Assembly: GCA_028700185.1 (NCBI GenBank)
Contig: JAQVTF010000001.1
Span: 1 to 63,079, forward strand
From: Desulfobacteraceae bacterium
GTDB taxonomy: Bacteria; Desulfobacterota; Desulfobacteria; Desulfobacterales; UBA2174
Direction: 5' to 3'
DNA: 63,079 bases
This document shows, piece by piece, positions 1-8,154 of this stretch. The notes under the pieces were generated by a model. That model worked only from the letters and a program-made list of their open reading frames with translations, was not told where the DNA came from and did no database searches. The translations under genes were made by a program, and so were the position numbers. Position 1 is the first letter of the stretch. Every line of letters begins with the position of its first letter.

Positions 1-1174
1 CATAGAGCAGGTCGAAGGCATAGGTGAGCATGTGGCCGGAGCCGCAGGCCGGGTCGCAGATCTTGATCTCTTCCGGGGAATTCACCACCAAAAAATCTTT
101 TTCGGAACCACGAAAGGCACGAAAATCACGAAAAATTTTATTTTCGGCGTTGCCGGCCAATTCATTATTTTCTTTGTTTTTTTCTTTCGTGCCTTTCGTG
201 TTTTTCGTGGTTAAATCTTCCCCCAGCGAGTTCACGGCTAAAAAAGCTTTTGAACCACGAAAGGCACTAACATCACGAAAGTATTCTTGATTTTTATTTT
301 CGTGTGGTTCGTGTTTTTCGTGGTTAATGTCCTGGGTATTTTTCGCGGTTATTTTTTCATCCGGCTCAATGTAATAATCCATCCGCTCTTTTAGCCGGGA
401 ATTGGGACGATTCAACATCCACAGCCGTCCGAGGGAGTTTTCCACCAGGTAGCGGACAATCCAGTGCGGGGTAAAAAGCTGGGTGGCGGCGGGGATGTTC
501 TCCGGGCCAATTTTCTTGCCCTTTTTTAACCCTGCAAAAACTTCATCCTTTTTTTCAGAAATATAGAACTGGTAGAGCCAGCCGATCACCTCGACATTTT
601 CGCAGGCATCCGGCGTCATCGCCTCGCGGGTGTAGGCGAGGATGGAGTTGCCCGAGAGCAGGTCGTCAGGCATCAGCAGTTCGGTGTAGTCGTCGATGCG
701 CTGAAACAAAAACGGCATGGCGCGGTGAAAGAAGTTGCAGGCGGCCACCACCAGCAGGCGGTAGGCCTCACCTTGCGGGTCGCGGCTGGGCGCTTTGCCG
801 TCGAGCAGGGCGAAAATCTGCTGCCGCACTTTCTCCGGCACCATCTCTTCGTCGATATGCCCCATCTTGGCCTCGGCGAGAATCTCGGGCTGGGACTGCC
901 CTTCTGCCGGCGACACCACACCGATGCGGGTGTAGCGGTTCACGTCCATGAAGCGCAGGGCGCAAAAGCGGTTGAACCAGATGTAGGCCACCCGCTCGAT
1001 GACCTGCTCTTTACCGATTTTTTGAATGGCCTCGTCGAGTTCCTTGACCGCCTTCGCGCTCTCACGCCGGGCGGCGCTATCGTCCGCGAATACCAGTTTC
1101 AGCTTGGCGGAGACCTGTTCCATCAGGCTGCGCCGGGCGAACTGGGCGAATTTTTTCAGTTTTGCGGTTTCCAT
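1..1174 (-). CDS. pglX: BREX adenine-specific DNA methyltransferase PglX, N-terminal ~390 aa. The rest lies beyond the left window edge, so it is absent from the ORF track.
   Basis: Hand translation of the minus strand from the ATG at 1174-1172 gives METAKLKKFAQFARRSLMEQV...IWFNRFCALRFMDVN...ATQLFTPHWIVRYLVENSLGRLW...EEIKICDPACGSGHMLTYAFDLLY, ending in SAM-binding motif I. The frame is open to position 1. The gene sits directly downstream of brxA-brxB-brxC. Confidence 0.85.
   Translation of the reverse strand, partial: METAKLKKFAQFARRSLMEQVSAKLKLVFADDSAARRESAKAVKELDEAIQKIGKEQVIERVAYIWFNRFCALRFMDVNRYTRIGVVSPAEGQSQPEILAEAKMGHIDEEMVPEKVRQQIFALLDGKAPSRDPQGEAYRLLVVAACNFFHRAMPFLFQRIDDYTELLMPDDLLSGNSILAYTREAMTPDACENVEVIGWLYQFYISEKKDEVFAGLKKGKKIGPENIPAATQLFTPHWIVRYLVENSLGRLWMLNRPNSRLKERMDYYIEPDEKITAKNTQDINHEKHEPHENKNQEYFRDVSAFRGSKAFLAVNSLGEDLTTKNTKGTKEKNKENNELAGNAENKIFRDFRAFRGSEKDFLVVNSPEEIKICDPACGSGHMLTYAFDLLY
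79..345. repeat. Two tandem copies of an AT-rich palindromic (MITE/REP-like) element built from CACGAAA/TTTCGTG words, lying in frame inside pglX
   Basis: Left arms GAACCACGAAAGGCAC..ATCACGAAA lie at ~104-135 and ~250-280. Inverted right arms lie at ~186-211 (TTTCGTGCCTTTCGTGTTTTTCGTGGTT) and ~298-325 (TTTCGTGTGGTTCGTGTTTTTCGTGGTT). The segment is visibly more AT-rich than the flanking pglX codons but has no stop in the pglX frame. It encodes ..FRDVSAFRGSKAFLAVNS.. and ..FRDFRAFRGSEKDFLVVNS... Confidence 0.75.
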
Positions 1175-1184
1175 CAAAATCCCT

Positions 1185-2651
1185 TCAAGCTTTTTCTTCC
1201 AGAACCCGTCTCCCCTTGTCCGTCAGGCGATATTTCTGGAGACGACTAGTGGGTTTGTCGGGGATGGTCCGTTCAATTAAGCCCTTCTCAAGCAACGGGA
1301 CCAGATGTCGCTGGTAGTTCAAGTAAACACTGGCCATACCGGCTGCCTTGAGCAAGTCGGCCTTGGTGCGAGGCCCGGATTTACAGGCCCGCAAAACCTG
1401 GGTAACTTGCTCACTGACTTGCTCATCAACTTGCTCACCGACCTGCTCACGCCGGGACCCTGGGCGGCTTGTCGTGGATTTTCGGGACTGCTCGCGGGAA
1501 AGCGGAACGATTTCGGCCAATGGAACCGTAAAGCGCACACGTCCGGCCATCTCCTCGATGAGCGGTTCGGGAAGGTTGTTGGCCTTCACTTCACGGAAGA
1601 TGCCGGGTATGCCGCTGCCCCATTGTTCCACAAGATCCAGTTCCCGGAAGACACGGGCGATGACCGGGTTACGGATTTGAGAAACGCCCAGTTTCATATC
1701 CTCGACCGTCAGTCCCGGCAAAAGCAGACCGGGGCTTTCGACCTCGATGCGATTGTCGAAAAAAGCAATGCGGATCGGCGTGCCGCGATGGGAGTAATCC
1801 GCATGGACAAGGGCGTTGATGACGACTTCTCGAAGAATGTTGACAGGAATGCTCCAGCGGTCTTTCCTACGGATTTCAGAAAAATCCGAACCACGCATGG
1901 CATGTTTCTTCAGAAACAGCATGATTTCGTCCACCGCTTTCGGCAATGGCACGTTGATATCGATATGATCGAAGATATCGGCCTTGTCATTGCCGATGAA
2001 ACGGCCGCATTGAATCCAGGCATCATCGAAGTACTGGCGGCGATCAATGCCGTACAATAGGATGCCACCGTTGCTGGGCACCCGCCGGCCCTGATCTTTA
2101 ACGAGAATTCGAAGGCTTTGCAGCATCCGCTCATCAACGGTTCGGCCGGGGAAATCGTCCCGAATGGCTTGCAGGTCAAGGTCATTGATATCAAGATCCG
2201 CCATGGGAAGGGCATCGAAGCTGACCCCGGCCACCCCACGCTGCAACCCGGCGATAAGCTGGACGTCCGCCTTGCGGTTGGAAGAGCCCAGGCGAACATA
2301 GACGCAATTTTCCATGCCTTCGGCCTTGATAAAATGCGGCCGGGTGCCGCTGAGAAATACCTCGACCACCAGGAGGGTCTTGCTATCCACAGTGGCCAGT
2401 TCCAAATTCGGGACCAATCTCGGAGCAATAGAGTCTGCGATCAAGTTGCAGAGGCGTTCTTCCATGTCCAGCGGTGAATCGATGCCGACCACCTGCCGGT
2501 CGTCCGTTACACCCAGCACCAGACGACCGCCTGCGGAATTCGCAAACGCCACCAACGTTCTCAACAACGGCCGGGGTGACGACAAGTCCCGCTTAAACTC
2601 CAGTGTCTTGCTTTCCGGCGCATGAATAATCTGGGCTATCGGGTTGGTCAT
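1185..2651 (-). CDS. AlbA_2 (Schlafen-type) DNA-binding / ATPase-like protein with C-terminal winged helix, embedded between brxC and pglX
   Basis: The ORF is 488 aa. The N-terminus IIHAPESKTLEFKRDL...LVAFANSAGGRLVLGV matches the AlbA_2 'divergent AAA' signature. The central part resembles the HATPase_c_4 / RecG-like C-terminal domain. The C-terminus ..QKYRLTDKGRRVLEE is wHTH-like. Confidence 0.7.
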   Translation of the reverse strand: MTNPIAQIIHAPESKTLEFKRDLSSPRPLLRTLVAFANSAGGRLVLGVTDDRQVVGIDSPLDMEERLCNLIADSIAPRLVPNLELATVDSKTLLVVEVFLSGTRPHFIKAEGMENCVYVRLGSSNRKADVQLIAGLQRGVAGVSFDALPMADLDINDLDLQAIRDDFPGRTVDERMLQSLRILVKDQGRRVPSNGGILLYGIDRRQYFDDAWIQCGRFIGNDKADIFDHIDINVPLPKAVDEIMLFLKKHAMRGSDFSEIRRKDRWSIPVNILREVVINALVHADYSHRGTPIRIAFFDNRIEVESPGLLLPGLTVEDMKLGVSQIRNPVIARVFRELDLVEQWGSGIPGIFREVKANNLPEPLIEEMAGRVRFTVPLAEIVPLSREQSRKSTTSRPGSRREQVGEQVDEQVSEQVTQVLRACKSGPRTKADLLKAAGMASVYLNYQRHLVPLLEKGLIERTIPDKPTSRLQKYRLTDKGRRVLEEKA

Positions 2652-2660
2652 TGAACAACC

Positions 2661-2689
2661 TTTTCGTGGTTTTCGTGTGTTTCGTGGTT
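2661..2689. repeat. Three 9-bp TTCGTG(G/T)(T/G)T words filling the brxC stop / next-gene start spacer
   Basis: The sequence TTTTCGTGGTTTTCGTGTGTTTCGTGGTT uses the same word as the element inside pglX. It ends on the brxC stop codon (2689-2691). Confidence 0.7.
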
Positions 2690-5600
2690 CAAATTTGAAT
2701 CCTTTTGCCTTTGCGGATCTCGATCAGCAACGCCTGGCGCATGGCCTCCAGGTATCGCTCCACATCCGCTTCCTCGACCAGCCACGGTTTGTCGAAGGCC
2801 ACCCGAATGGTGCGCGCCGCGATGATACGGGGCGTATTTTCGGCCACCTTTGGTTTGTCCTTGCTGACCGGAGAGCCGTAAGGAACCGGTTCTTTTTCAG
2901 CTTTTGAAACAGATTCGATGCTTGCCAGAAGACGCGGGTATTCTTCATCCTCAAAACGCCTGAGGCTGTCGCGGATCACCGCAATCAAGCGCTGGCCCTG
3001 GATTTCGTTTTGTTTGCGCTCAAATGCCCGCCCGATTTCCGTCCGCCGATCTTCCGACAATTTCTGATAATCCTCCATGCCGGCAAGCCGTTCCCGCAAA
3101 TGGGCGATGGCGGCGGCGGCTGTTTGGGCTTCAGCCTGGACCCGCTCTTCAATAGCCGTTTTAAGCCTTTCCAGGCGGCTCTTGACTTCTTGCATGCCGC
3201 CGCCCTTGTAACAGGCCGGGTCATCCAAGGTGCGGCAAATCGCGGCCCCATCATCGCCCTCCACACAGGAAAGGTTGGGCTCCTGGGTCTGGATGTATTG
3301 GCGGGTTTCCGCATATAGCTGGCGATTCGGGCCGCTCATGAAGCGGCGGATGGGATCGAGGACCGATTCCTTCAAGTCCAGCATCGGATCTTCAAAGGTG
3401 GCAAGTTCGGTCAGATAGAATGCATAAGGCTTTCCGGCAAGTTTGCGGATTTGATCCAGCGGCGCTTGGAGGCCCGCAAGAAAAGGATACTGCCCGGACT
3501 GCGCCGCCAAACCCTCCAGATCCTTGACCAGATCGGCAAAGGCTTCGGCGGTCTCCTTGCCCAGCTCCTTGGCTTCCCGGCCCTTGGGCGGCGCATCGAA
3601 GAAATCCTCGAAAAAGGTTTTCAGGCGCCGGAGCTGGGAGGCGGTGAAATCGACCATGGGGTCCAACACCACGTTGCCGTGACCGTGGGTGTTGCGCATG
3701 GCCTTTTCCAGATCGGCGCCTTCCAGGATATCGCCGTTGGCCCGCACCTCGATCTTGCCGCGGCCGCAAAGCTTGGCCAGGATGCACATGATGGCCCACA
3801 GGTCCCAGCCATAGGGTTTGCGCTCGAAGCGTTCCACCAGACTTTTGAGGGTGGTGCGCACACCGCCGCGGCGGTTGCTCTGGACAAAGGCCATCATCTC
3901 CTGTTCGGCCTCGCTGAGGTTGACCGTATCGGTGGCAAAGAGGCTATCCTGCTTCTGGTCCAAACACTTGCCGATATCGTTTTCCGTGTATGTGATGCCT
4001 GGCAGCATGCGAAGGTTGGGATAGACCTTCAAGATTAGGGCGTTAAACCCCTGCACGATGCGAAGCTGGGGGTCCTTGGCCCCGATTTCCAGCGCATCTC
4101 CGGAAACATAGAGGGTCGCCTTGCCAAGGAGTTCATGAACCCGTTTCTGGATCTCGACCAGCCGTTCGCGGTTCTGAAAACTTTTCTCGGTCAGAATCCT
4201 TTTGATCGTCTCCTGCTGGGTGATGGAAATGTTCTGGCGCACGTATTTTTCGGTTTTTCGGTACATCAGCAGGTCTTGCATCAGGCGTTCATCCTGCGGC
4301 AGGATCACTAACAGTTCATCCCGCCCCCAGGACTGCATACGCAAAATCTCTTCCCGCCCTGCGTTTTCGTTGAACGGGCTGATCACATGGATGGCCAGCT
4401 CGTATTCCCGGCCCAAGAGCCGGTCGTCCAGCTTTCGGGAAAAGGAGAAGTCCCGCCCGCTTTCCTCGTGGCGGATCTTGCGGTTGCGTAAGGTCTGATC
4501 GAAGATGCTCTTGGACAAATCTTCGGCAATATCCGCGTTTTCCACCTCGGTGTGCTTGATCTCCTTTTCGACATCCTTTTCATCATCGGTGAGAAACTCG
4601 TAGAGGTTGCCGTTGCGCTGGATGTAAGTTTGCTGTTCGAGCAGGTTGAGGGCTTCCTGGACTTTGGCGCTGAAAGCCGGCAAATCCTGGTCGAACCGGT
4701 CCAGCATCAGCACGCCGATGTTGCGCACCGTGGCCTTGAATTCCTTGACATACTTGACCAGGAAAAGGGCCTTTAACACCTGGACGGCAAAAGGGTTGCC
4801 CAAGTGCTCCTCGGCCACCAGGATAGATCTTTGGATATTTCCCTTCAGGGCCGCCCGGATGCCTTCGAACATCATATCGAAGGTGGCCAGCCGGCCCGTC
4901 TCCTGGTTGGCCACCTGGATGACCACCTGCTGAAAAACCCCGAGCATGGAACGCTCGCCCACCGAGCTGTGCCGGCCCTCGAAGGCGTTGTGTAATGAAA
5001 GATCCTGAATCGCCGCCTGGAAAAGCGGAAACTGGTAGGGGATGAAGGGATAGGCGTCGATAAAATGTTCCTGGTCCCGAAAATTCTTGTAGGTCTTGGT
5101 GCCTTCGCTGAAATCGAACAGGGTTTTGAAGCTGTTCGCCTGAACCTCGTAAACGCCTTGCAGGTAGGTCTTGCCGGCGTCGTTTTTGGCCAGCAGCCGT
5201 TTCTGGATCACCTCGGCCACGTTGGCGCTGGTCAGTTTCATGCGGTTGGCAAACCGATCCTGAATCTTGGAGAAATCCTCCCCATCCTGCATGTCCAGTT
5301 CGCCGATGACCGTATCCATCTCCTCCTGGGCCGTCACCGCGATCCAGGCCCGCCCGTGGCACTTGGTGGCCAGGCTCTCGGCGATGGTCTGCAAATTGGT
5401 CATGAGCTTGGTGTTGCCGGCGATGTACTGGCCCACCTCATCGACAAAAAAATTCAGCCGGAACCCGCTGGGCTGACTTTCGATGAAGGCCTGCACCTGG
5501 TTGGCGAAATCCTCGATGGAGAGCTTGTAGTCCTTGCGGTACTTGTCCAGGATGCCCAGGGTCGCCTCGGCGGGCTGGCCGGAAACACGTGCGTAGGCGG

Positions 5601-6210
5601 CGGCGATATTCTGCCCTTCCAACAGTACCTGCTCCCTGCCGAACTCCCAATCCTGGCCGGCGATTTCCAGGTAGGCAGCCTTGAAATCCGCGTATTGCCC
5701 CCGGCTGTCCAGATCCCGCTCGAACTGGGCGATGTAGCCCTGCTTACCGTAGTATCCGCACATCTCGTCGAAGACTTTGACGAAAACACCCAAGAGGGCG
5801 TCGATCTGGACTTTACTGATCACATCGGCTTTCTGATCGATGTTGAACAGAATGCTCTTGGAAGAAATGGTGACCGCCTTCTGCAAACCGGCGCGCAAAA
5901 TGGCGTTGTCCTTGCATTTGGGCAAAAACAGATCCAGCGCGCGGGCACCGTCAATTTCCCGGTTTTCCAGGATCAAGGACAGGATTTTGAGCAGGTGCGA
6001 CTTTCCCGAGCCGAAAAAGCCCGAAATCCATACCCCGTTGGCGCCCTCGTAATTGTGATAGGCATCCAGAAAGTTCTCCAGATGCCGGGCCACCTCATCG
6101 GTCAGGACGTATTCCTCGATCTCCAGCTTGAGGCGCGCCTCGTCATCGGCCTTGATGACCCCTTCGATGTGACGATCCACCGGCTTTTCGAAAAAATCTC
6201 GCAGTGACAT
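2689..6210 (-). CDS. brxC: BREX P-loop ATPase BrxC/PglY
   Basis: The ORF is 1173 aa. The N-terminus FFEKPVDRHIEGVIKADD and the Walker A motif GFFGSGKSHLLKILS are typical of BrxC. Its size and its position after brxA-brxB also fit. Confidence 0.9.
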   Translation of the reverse strand: MSLRDFFEKPVDRHIEGVIKADDEARLKLEIEEYVLTDEVARHLENFLDAYHNYEGANGVWISGFFGSGKSHLLKILSLILENREIDGARALDLFLPKCKDNAILRAGLQKAVTISSKSILFNIDQKADVISKVQIDALLGVFVKVFDEMCGYYGKQGYIAQFERDLDSRGQYADFKAAYLEIAGQDWEFGREQVLLEGQNIAAAYARVSGQPAEATLGILDKYRKDYKLSIEDFANQVQAFIESQPSGFRLNFFVDEVGQYIAGNTKLMTNLQTIAESLATKCHGRAWIAVTAQEEMDTVIGELDMQDGEDFSKIQDRFANRMKLTSANVAEVIQKRLLAKNDAGKTYLQGVYEVQANSFKTLFDFSEGTKTYKNFRDQEHFIDAYPFIPYQFPLFQAAIQDLSLHNAFEGRHSSVGERSMLGVFQQVVIQVANQETGRLATFDMMFEGIRAALKGNIQRSILVAEEHLGNPFAVQVLKALFLVKYVKEFKATVRNIGVLMLDRFDQDLPAFSAKVQEALNLLEQQTYIQRNGNLYEFLTDDEKDVEKEIKHTEVENADIAEDLSKSIFDQTLRNRKIRHEESGRDFSFSRKLDDRLLGREYELAIHVISPFNENAGREEILRMQSWGRDELLVILPQDERLMQDLLMYRKTEKYVRQNISITQQETIKRILTEKSFQNRERLVEIQKRVHELLGKATLYVSGDALEIGAKDPQLRIVQGFNALILKVYPNLRMLPGITYTENDIGKCLDQKQDSLFATDTVNLSEAEQEMMAFVQSNRRGGVRTTLKSLVERFERKPYGWDLWAIMCILAKLCGRGKIEVRANGDILEGADLEKAMRNTHGHGNVVLDPMVDFTASQLRRLKTFFEDFFDAPPKGREAKELGKETAEAFADLVKDLEGLAAQSGQYPFLAGLQAPLDQIRKLAGKPYAFYLTELATFEDPMLDLKESVLDPIRRFMSGPNRQLYAETRQYIQTQEPNLSCVEGDDGAAICRTLDDPACYKGGGMQEVKSRLERLKTAIEERVQAEAQTAAAAIAHLRERLAGMEDYQKLSEDRRTEIGRAFERKQNEIQGQRLIAVIRDSLRRFEDEEYPRLLASIESVSKAEKEPVPYGSPVSKDKPKVAENTPRIIAARTIRVAFDKPWLVEEADVERYLEAMRQALLIEIRKGKRIQI

Positions 6211-6225
6211 GGGGCAATCCTCGAA

Positions 6226-6846
6226 TCAGGTTTCGCAATGATAGATGTTGAAGGCCCGATAGTATTTATCGTCGTGGAGCCGCCCGAACAGATCCAGCGA
6301 AGCCCCCTTTTCCAGCGACTGGGTATAGACCCCGGGGAAAAACATCACCGTGGGCTGAGCGGCGGCGGTGACCTGGAGATTGTTTAAAACGCGGTGGGAC
6401 CGGATATAGGGAAACACCTGCCCCACGCCGGTTAAGAACATGACATCGAAGACGGCGGCCTGCATCCTCTCGCCAATCGCCGGCACCAGATGACTCTGGG
6501 GATCCAGCACTCCTTGAAGGGTATCGCGAAACTCTTCCTTGCCGCTGGACGCCTCGACGGCAAGCAACCGTTCAAAGATGCCCCGCTGCTTCAAAAGATC
6601 AATCACCAGATCATAGAGGTTGATGGCCAGGACCCGCACCCCGGATTTCTCGACGGTGTTGACCAACTGTTTTTGCATGCGGGTCATTTCAACTGCTTCT
6701 TCCGGCGGATAGGGGCAGATATAAAAAGGCACCTCGTTGCCGATGCCCTGCATTTTGAGGAAGCGTTCACTAGTGATGATCCGGCACAGATGCTCGAAGC
6801 GCTCCTGCATGGGTGCCGTTTCCAAGCCGATGGATGCAGTGCTCAC
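6226..6846 (-). CDS. brxB: BREX protein BrxB (DUF1788)
   Basis: The sequence ..MQERFEHLCRIITSERFLKMQGIGNEVPFYICPYPPEE.. is BrxB-like. I place the start at the GTG at 6846, which is preceded by GGGAGGAG and overlaps the brxA stop (GTGA). The 275-aa track ORF overextends into brxA. Confidence 0.8.
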   Translation of the reverse strand: MSTASIGLETAPMQERFEHLCRIITSERFLKMQGIGNEVPFYICPYPPEEAVEMTRMQKQLVNTVEKSGVRVLAINLYDLVIDLLKQRGIFERLLAVEASSGKEEFRDTLQGVLDPQSHLVPAIGERMQAAVFDVMFLTGVGQVFPYIRSHRVLNNLQVTAAAQPTVMFFPGVYTQSLEKGASLDLFGRLHDDKYYRAFNIYHCET

Positions 6847-7454
6847 GGCGATCTCCTCCCTGTTTCGGCCGGGAATATCGAAAGGCTCAACATCGGATCG
6901 TCCATGACGCTCTTTTCGACCACGGGGCTCAAGAGGACCGGGTGGATCCGGTTGTGCCGGGATAATAGTTCGGCCTCGCGCAGCATCCTGAAAACGATCT
7001 GGCGCAGCTTGCCGCGAGTCGAGGGCCGGATGTTCACCAACTCCTCGTGCCACTCGGCCTTTTGGTTAAAAAAGATATCGTAGTCGGCATAAACCAGCTC
7101 AGGGTCCAGGGTGAGAAACTTTTCGTGGATCACTTCCACGGCAAAATCGTGGATGAACCGGTAGCGCTTGCAAATCGCGGCCCACAGAACATGGGCCTGG
7201 TCTTTGGCCGACCCTCCGGCCAAAATCGCCAACTGGTCGGCGCTAAGCGGCTTGAGCCGGGCGACGACTTCGCGGCAGATGCGGTGGGCGGTGTTCTGGG
7301 TCCGGGCCTGAAGGAGATTGCCTTTAAGAACCTTGGCACGGGCTGCCTGCCAGTCGCCGAGCGTCGAATAAAGCTCAGCAAAGAGCACGGACGGCTGCTG
7401 AAGCAAGGCGCCGGCGGTAAAGGACATATTGTAACCTACTGTTTTTTTATGCAT
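6843..7454 (-). CDS. brxA: BREX protein BrxA (DUF1819)
   Basis: The ORF is 203 aa and the first gene of the locus. The ..NLLQARTQNTAHRICREVVARLKPLS...LWAAICKRYRFIHDFAVEV.. pattern is typical of DUF1819. The start could instead be the second Met at 7427. Confidence 0.8.
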   Translation of the reverse strand: MHKKTVGYNMSFTAGALLQQPSVLFAELYSTLGDWQAARAKVLKGNLLQARTQNTAHRICREVVARLKPLSADQLAILAGGSAKDQAHVLWAAICKRYRFIHDFAVEVIHEKFLTLDPELVYADYDIFFNQKAEWHEELVNIRPSTRGKLRQIVFRMLREAELLSRHNRIHPVLLSPVVEKSVMDDPMLSLSIFPAETGRRSP

Positions 7455-7538
7455 TATAATTGATCAAGATCGTTTGACTCGACATGCGGATCTTCAGGCT
7501 TTCCCGGGTATGATACCTCCCCCACTGACATACCCCGT

Positions 7539-7590
7539 CAAAAAAACAAAGCCCGCACTGCGAAAGGAAAAACTCTTTCGCCTGGCGGGC
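7539..7590 (-). terminator. Rho-independent terminator (minus strand)
   Basis: On the minus strand, the hairpin GCCCGCCAGGCGAAAG-loop-CTTTCGCAGTGCGGGC is followed by TTTGTTTTTTT. Confidence 0.6.
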
Positions 7591-7938
7591 TCCTCACGAT
7601 CCGGCTGTCTGCCGGTTTTCGGTCACAACGCCCCTCTCTTGCGGTTTCGGGGTTAACGGCTTTGGTAATTTACTGAAGCCTCCTTCAGATTGCAAGCCTT
7701 ATCAGCCGTAACTATTCTCAGACACCAATGATTACCATTTATGTGCGGCTCATTCTCTCCCTGGTTTCACACAACTTAGCTGCGGCGACAGTCATCTGGC
7801 AAATAGGAAACGGGGGTTTCAGCTTGCAAGCCCCCATGGGGCTCGCTTCGGAGCGGTAGGCCATCAAGATTACCAGCGCCACCGGGGCAGGCGCTGCTTG
7901 TCCTGAAATGACGGAAAAAAGTAAGGAAAAAACTGAAA

Positions 7939-7973
7939 AGCCCTGCAACCTATTAAGATTGCAGGGCTTTTTT
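7939..7973 (-). terminator. Bidirectional stem-loop terminator just 3' of tRNA-Met
   Basis: The 10-bp stem AGCCCTGCAA..TTGCAGGGCT is flanked by T-runs on both strands. Confidence 0.7.
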
Positions 7974-7978
7974 GCAAA

Positions 7979-8055
7979 TGGTGGCGATGCAGGGAATTGA
8001 ACCCCGGACACTGCGGATATGAGCCGCATGCTCTGACCAACTGAGCTACATCGCC
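7979..8055 (-). tRNA. tRNA-Met (anticodon CAU). Elongator, initiator and Ile2 types cannot be distinguished by eye.
   Basis: The reverse complement folds as a cloverleaf: GGCGATG TA GCTC AGTTGGTCA GAGC A TGCGG CTCATAT CCGCA GTGTC CGGGG TTCAATT CCCTG CATCGCC A CCA. The anticodon loop is CT-CAT-AT and the CCA end is encoded. Confidence 0.9.
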
Positions 8056-8154
8056 ACGGCAGGCGGGCACGGTGGCCGCCGAGTAAAAAGGGGCTTTTAG
8101 CAAGCCGCCGGGTTCAAGTCAAGAGGAAAACCCTCGCTCCAACCGAAAGCCCCA

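Noticed and set aside
7600-7935. Assignment of the non-coding unit to a known RNA (SRP/4.5S, 6S, tmRNA or RNase P).
   Set aside because: I could not find the SRP GGAAGCAGCC helix-8 motif, a tmRNA tag reading frame with a tRNA-like end, or RNase P conserved regions. It is therefore left as an unassigned candidate.
7739-8103. ORFs 7739..8029 and 7870..8103 (96 and 77 aa).
   Set aside because: Both overlap the tRNA-Met gene and its terminator, and neither shows coding features.
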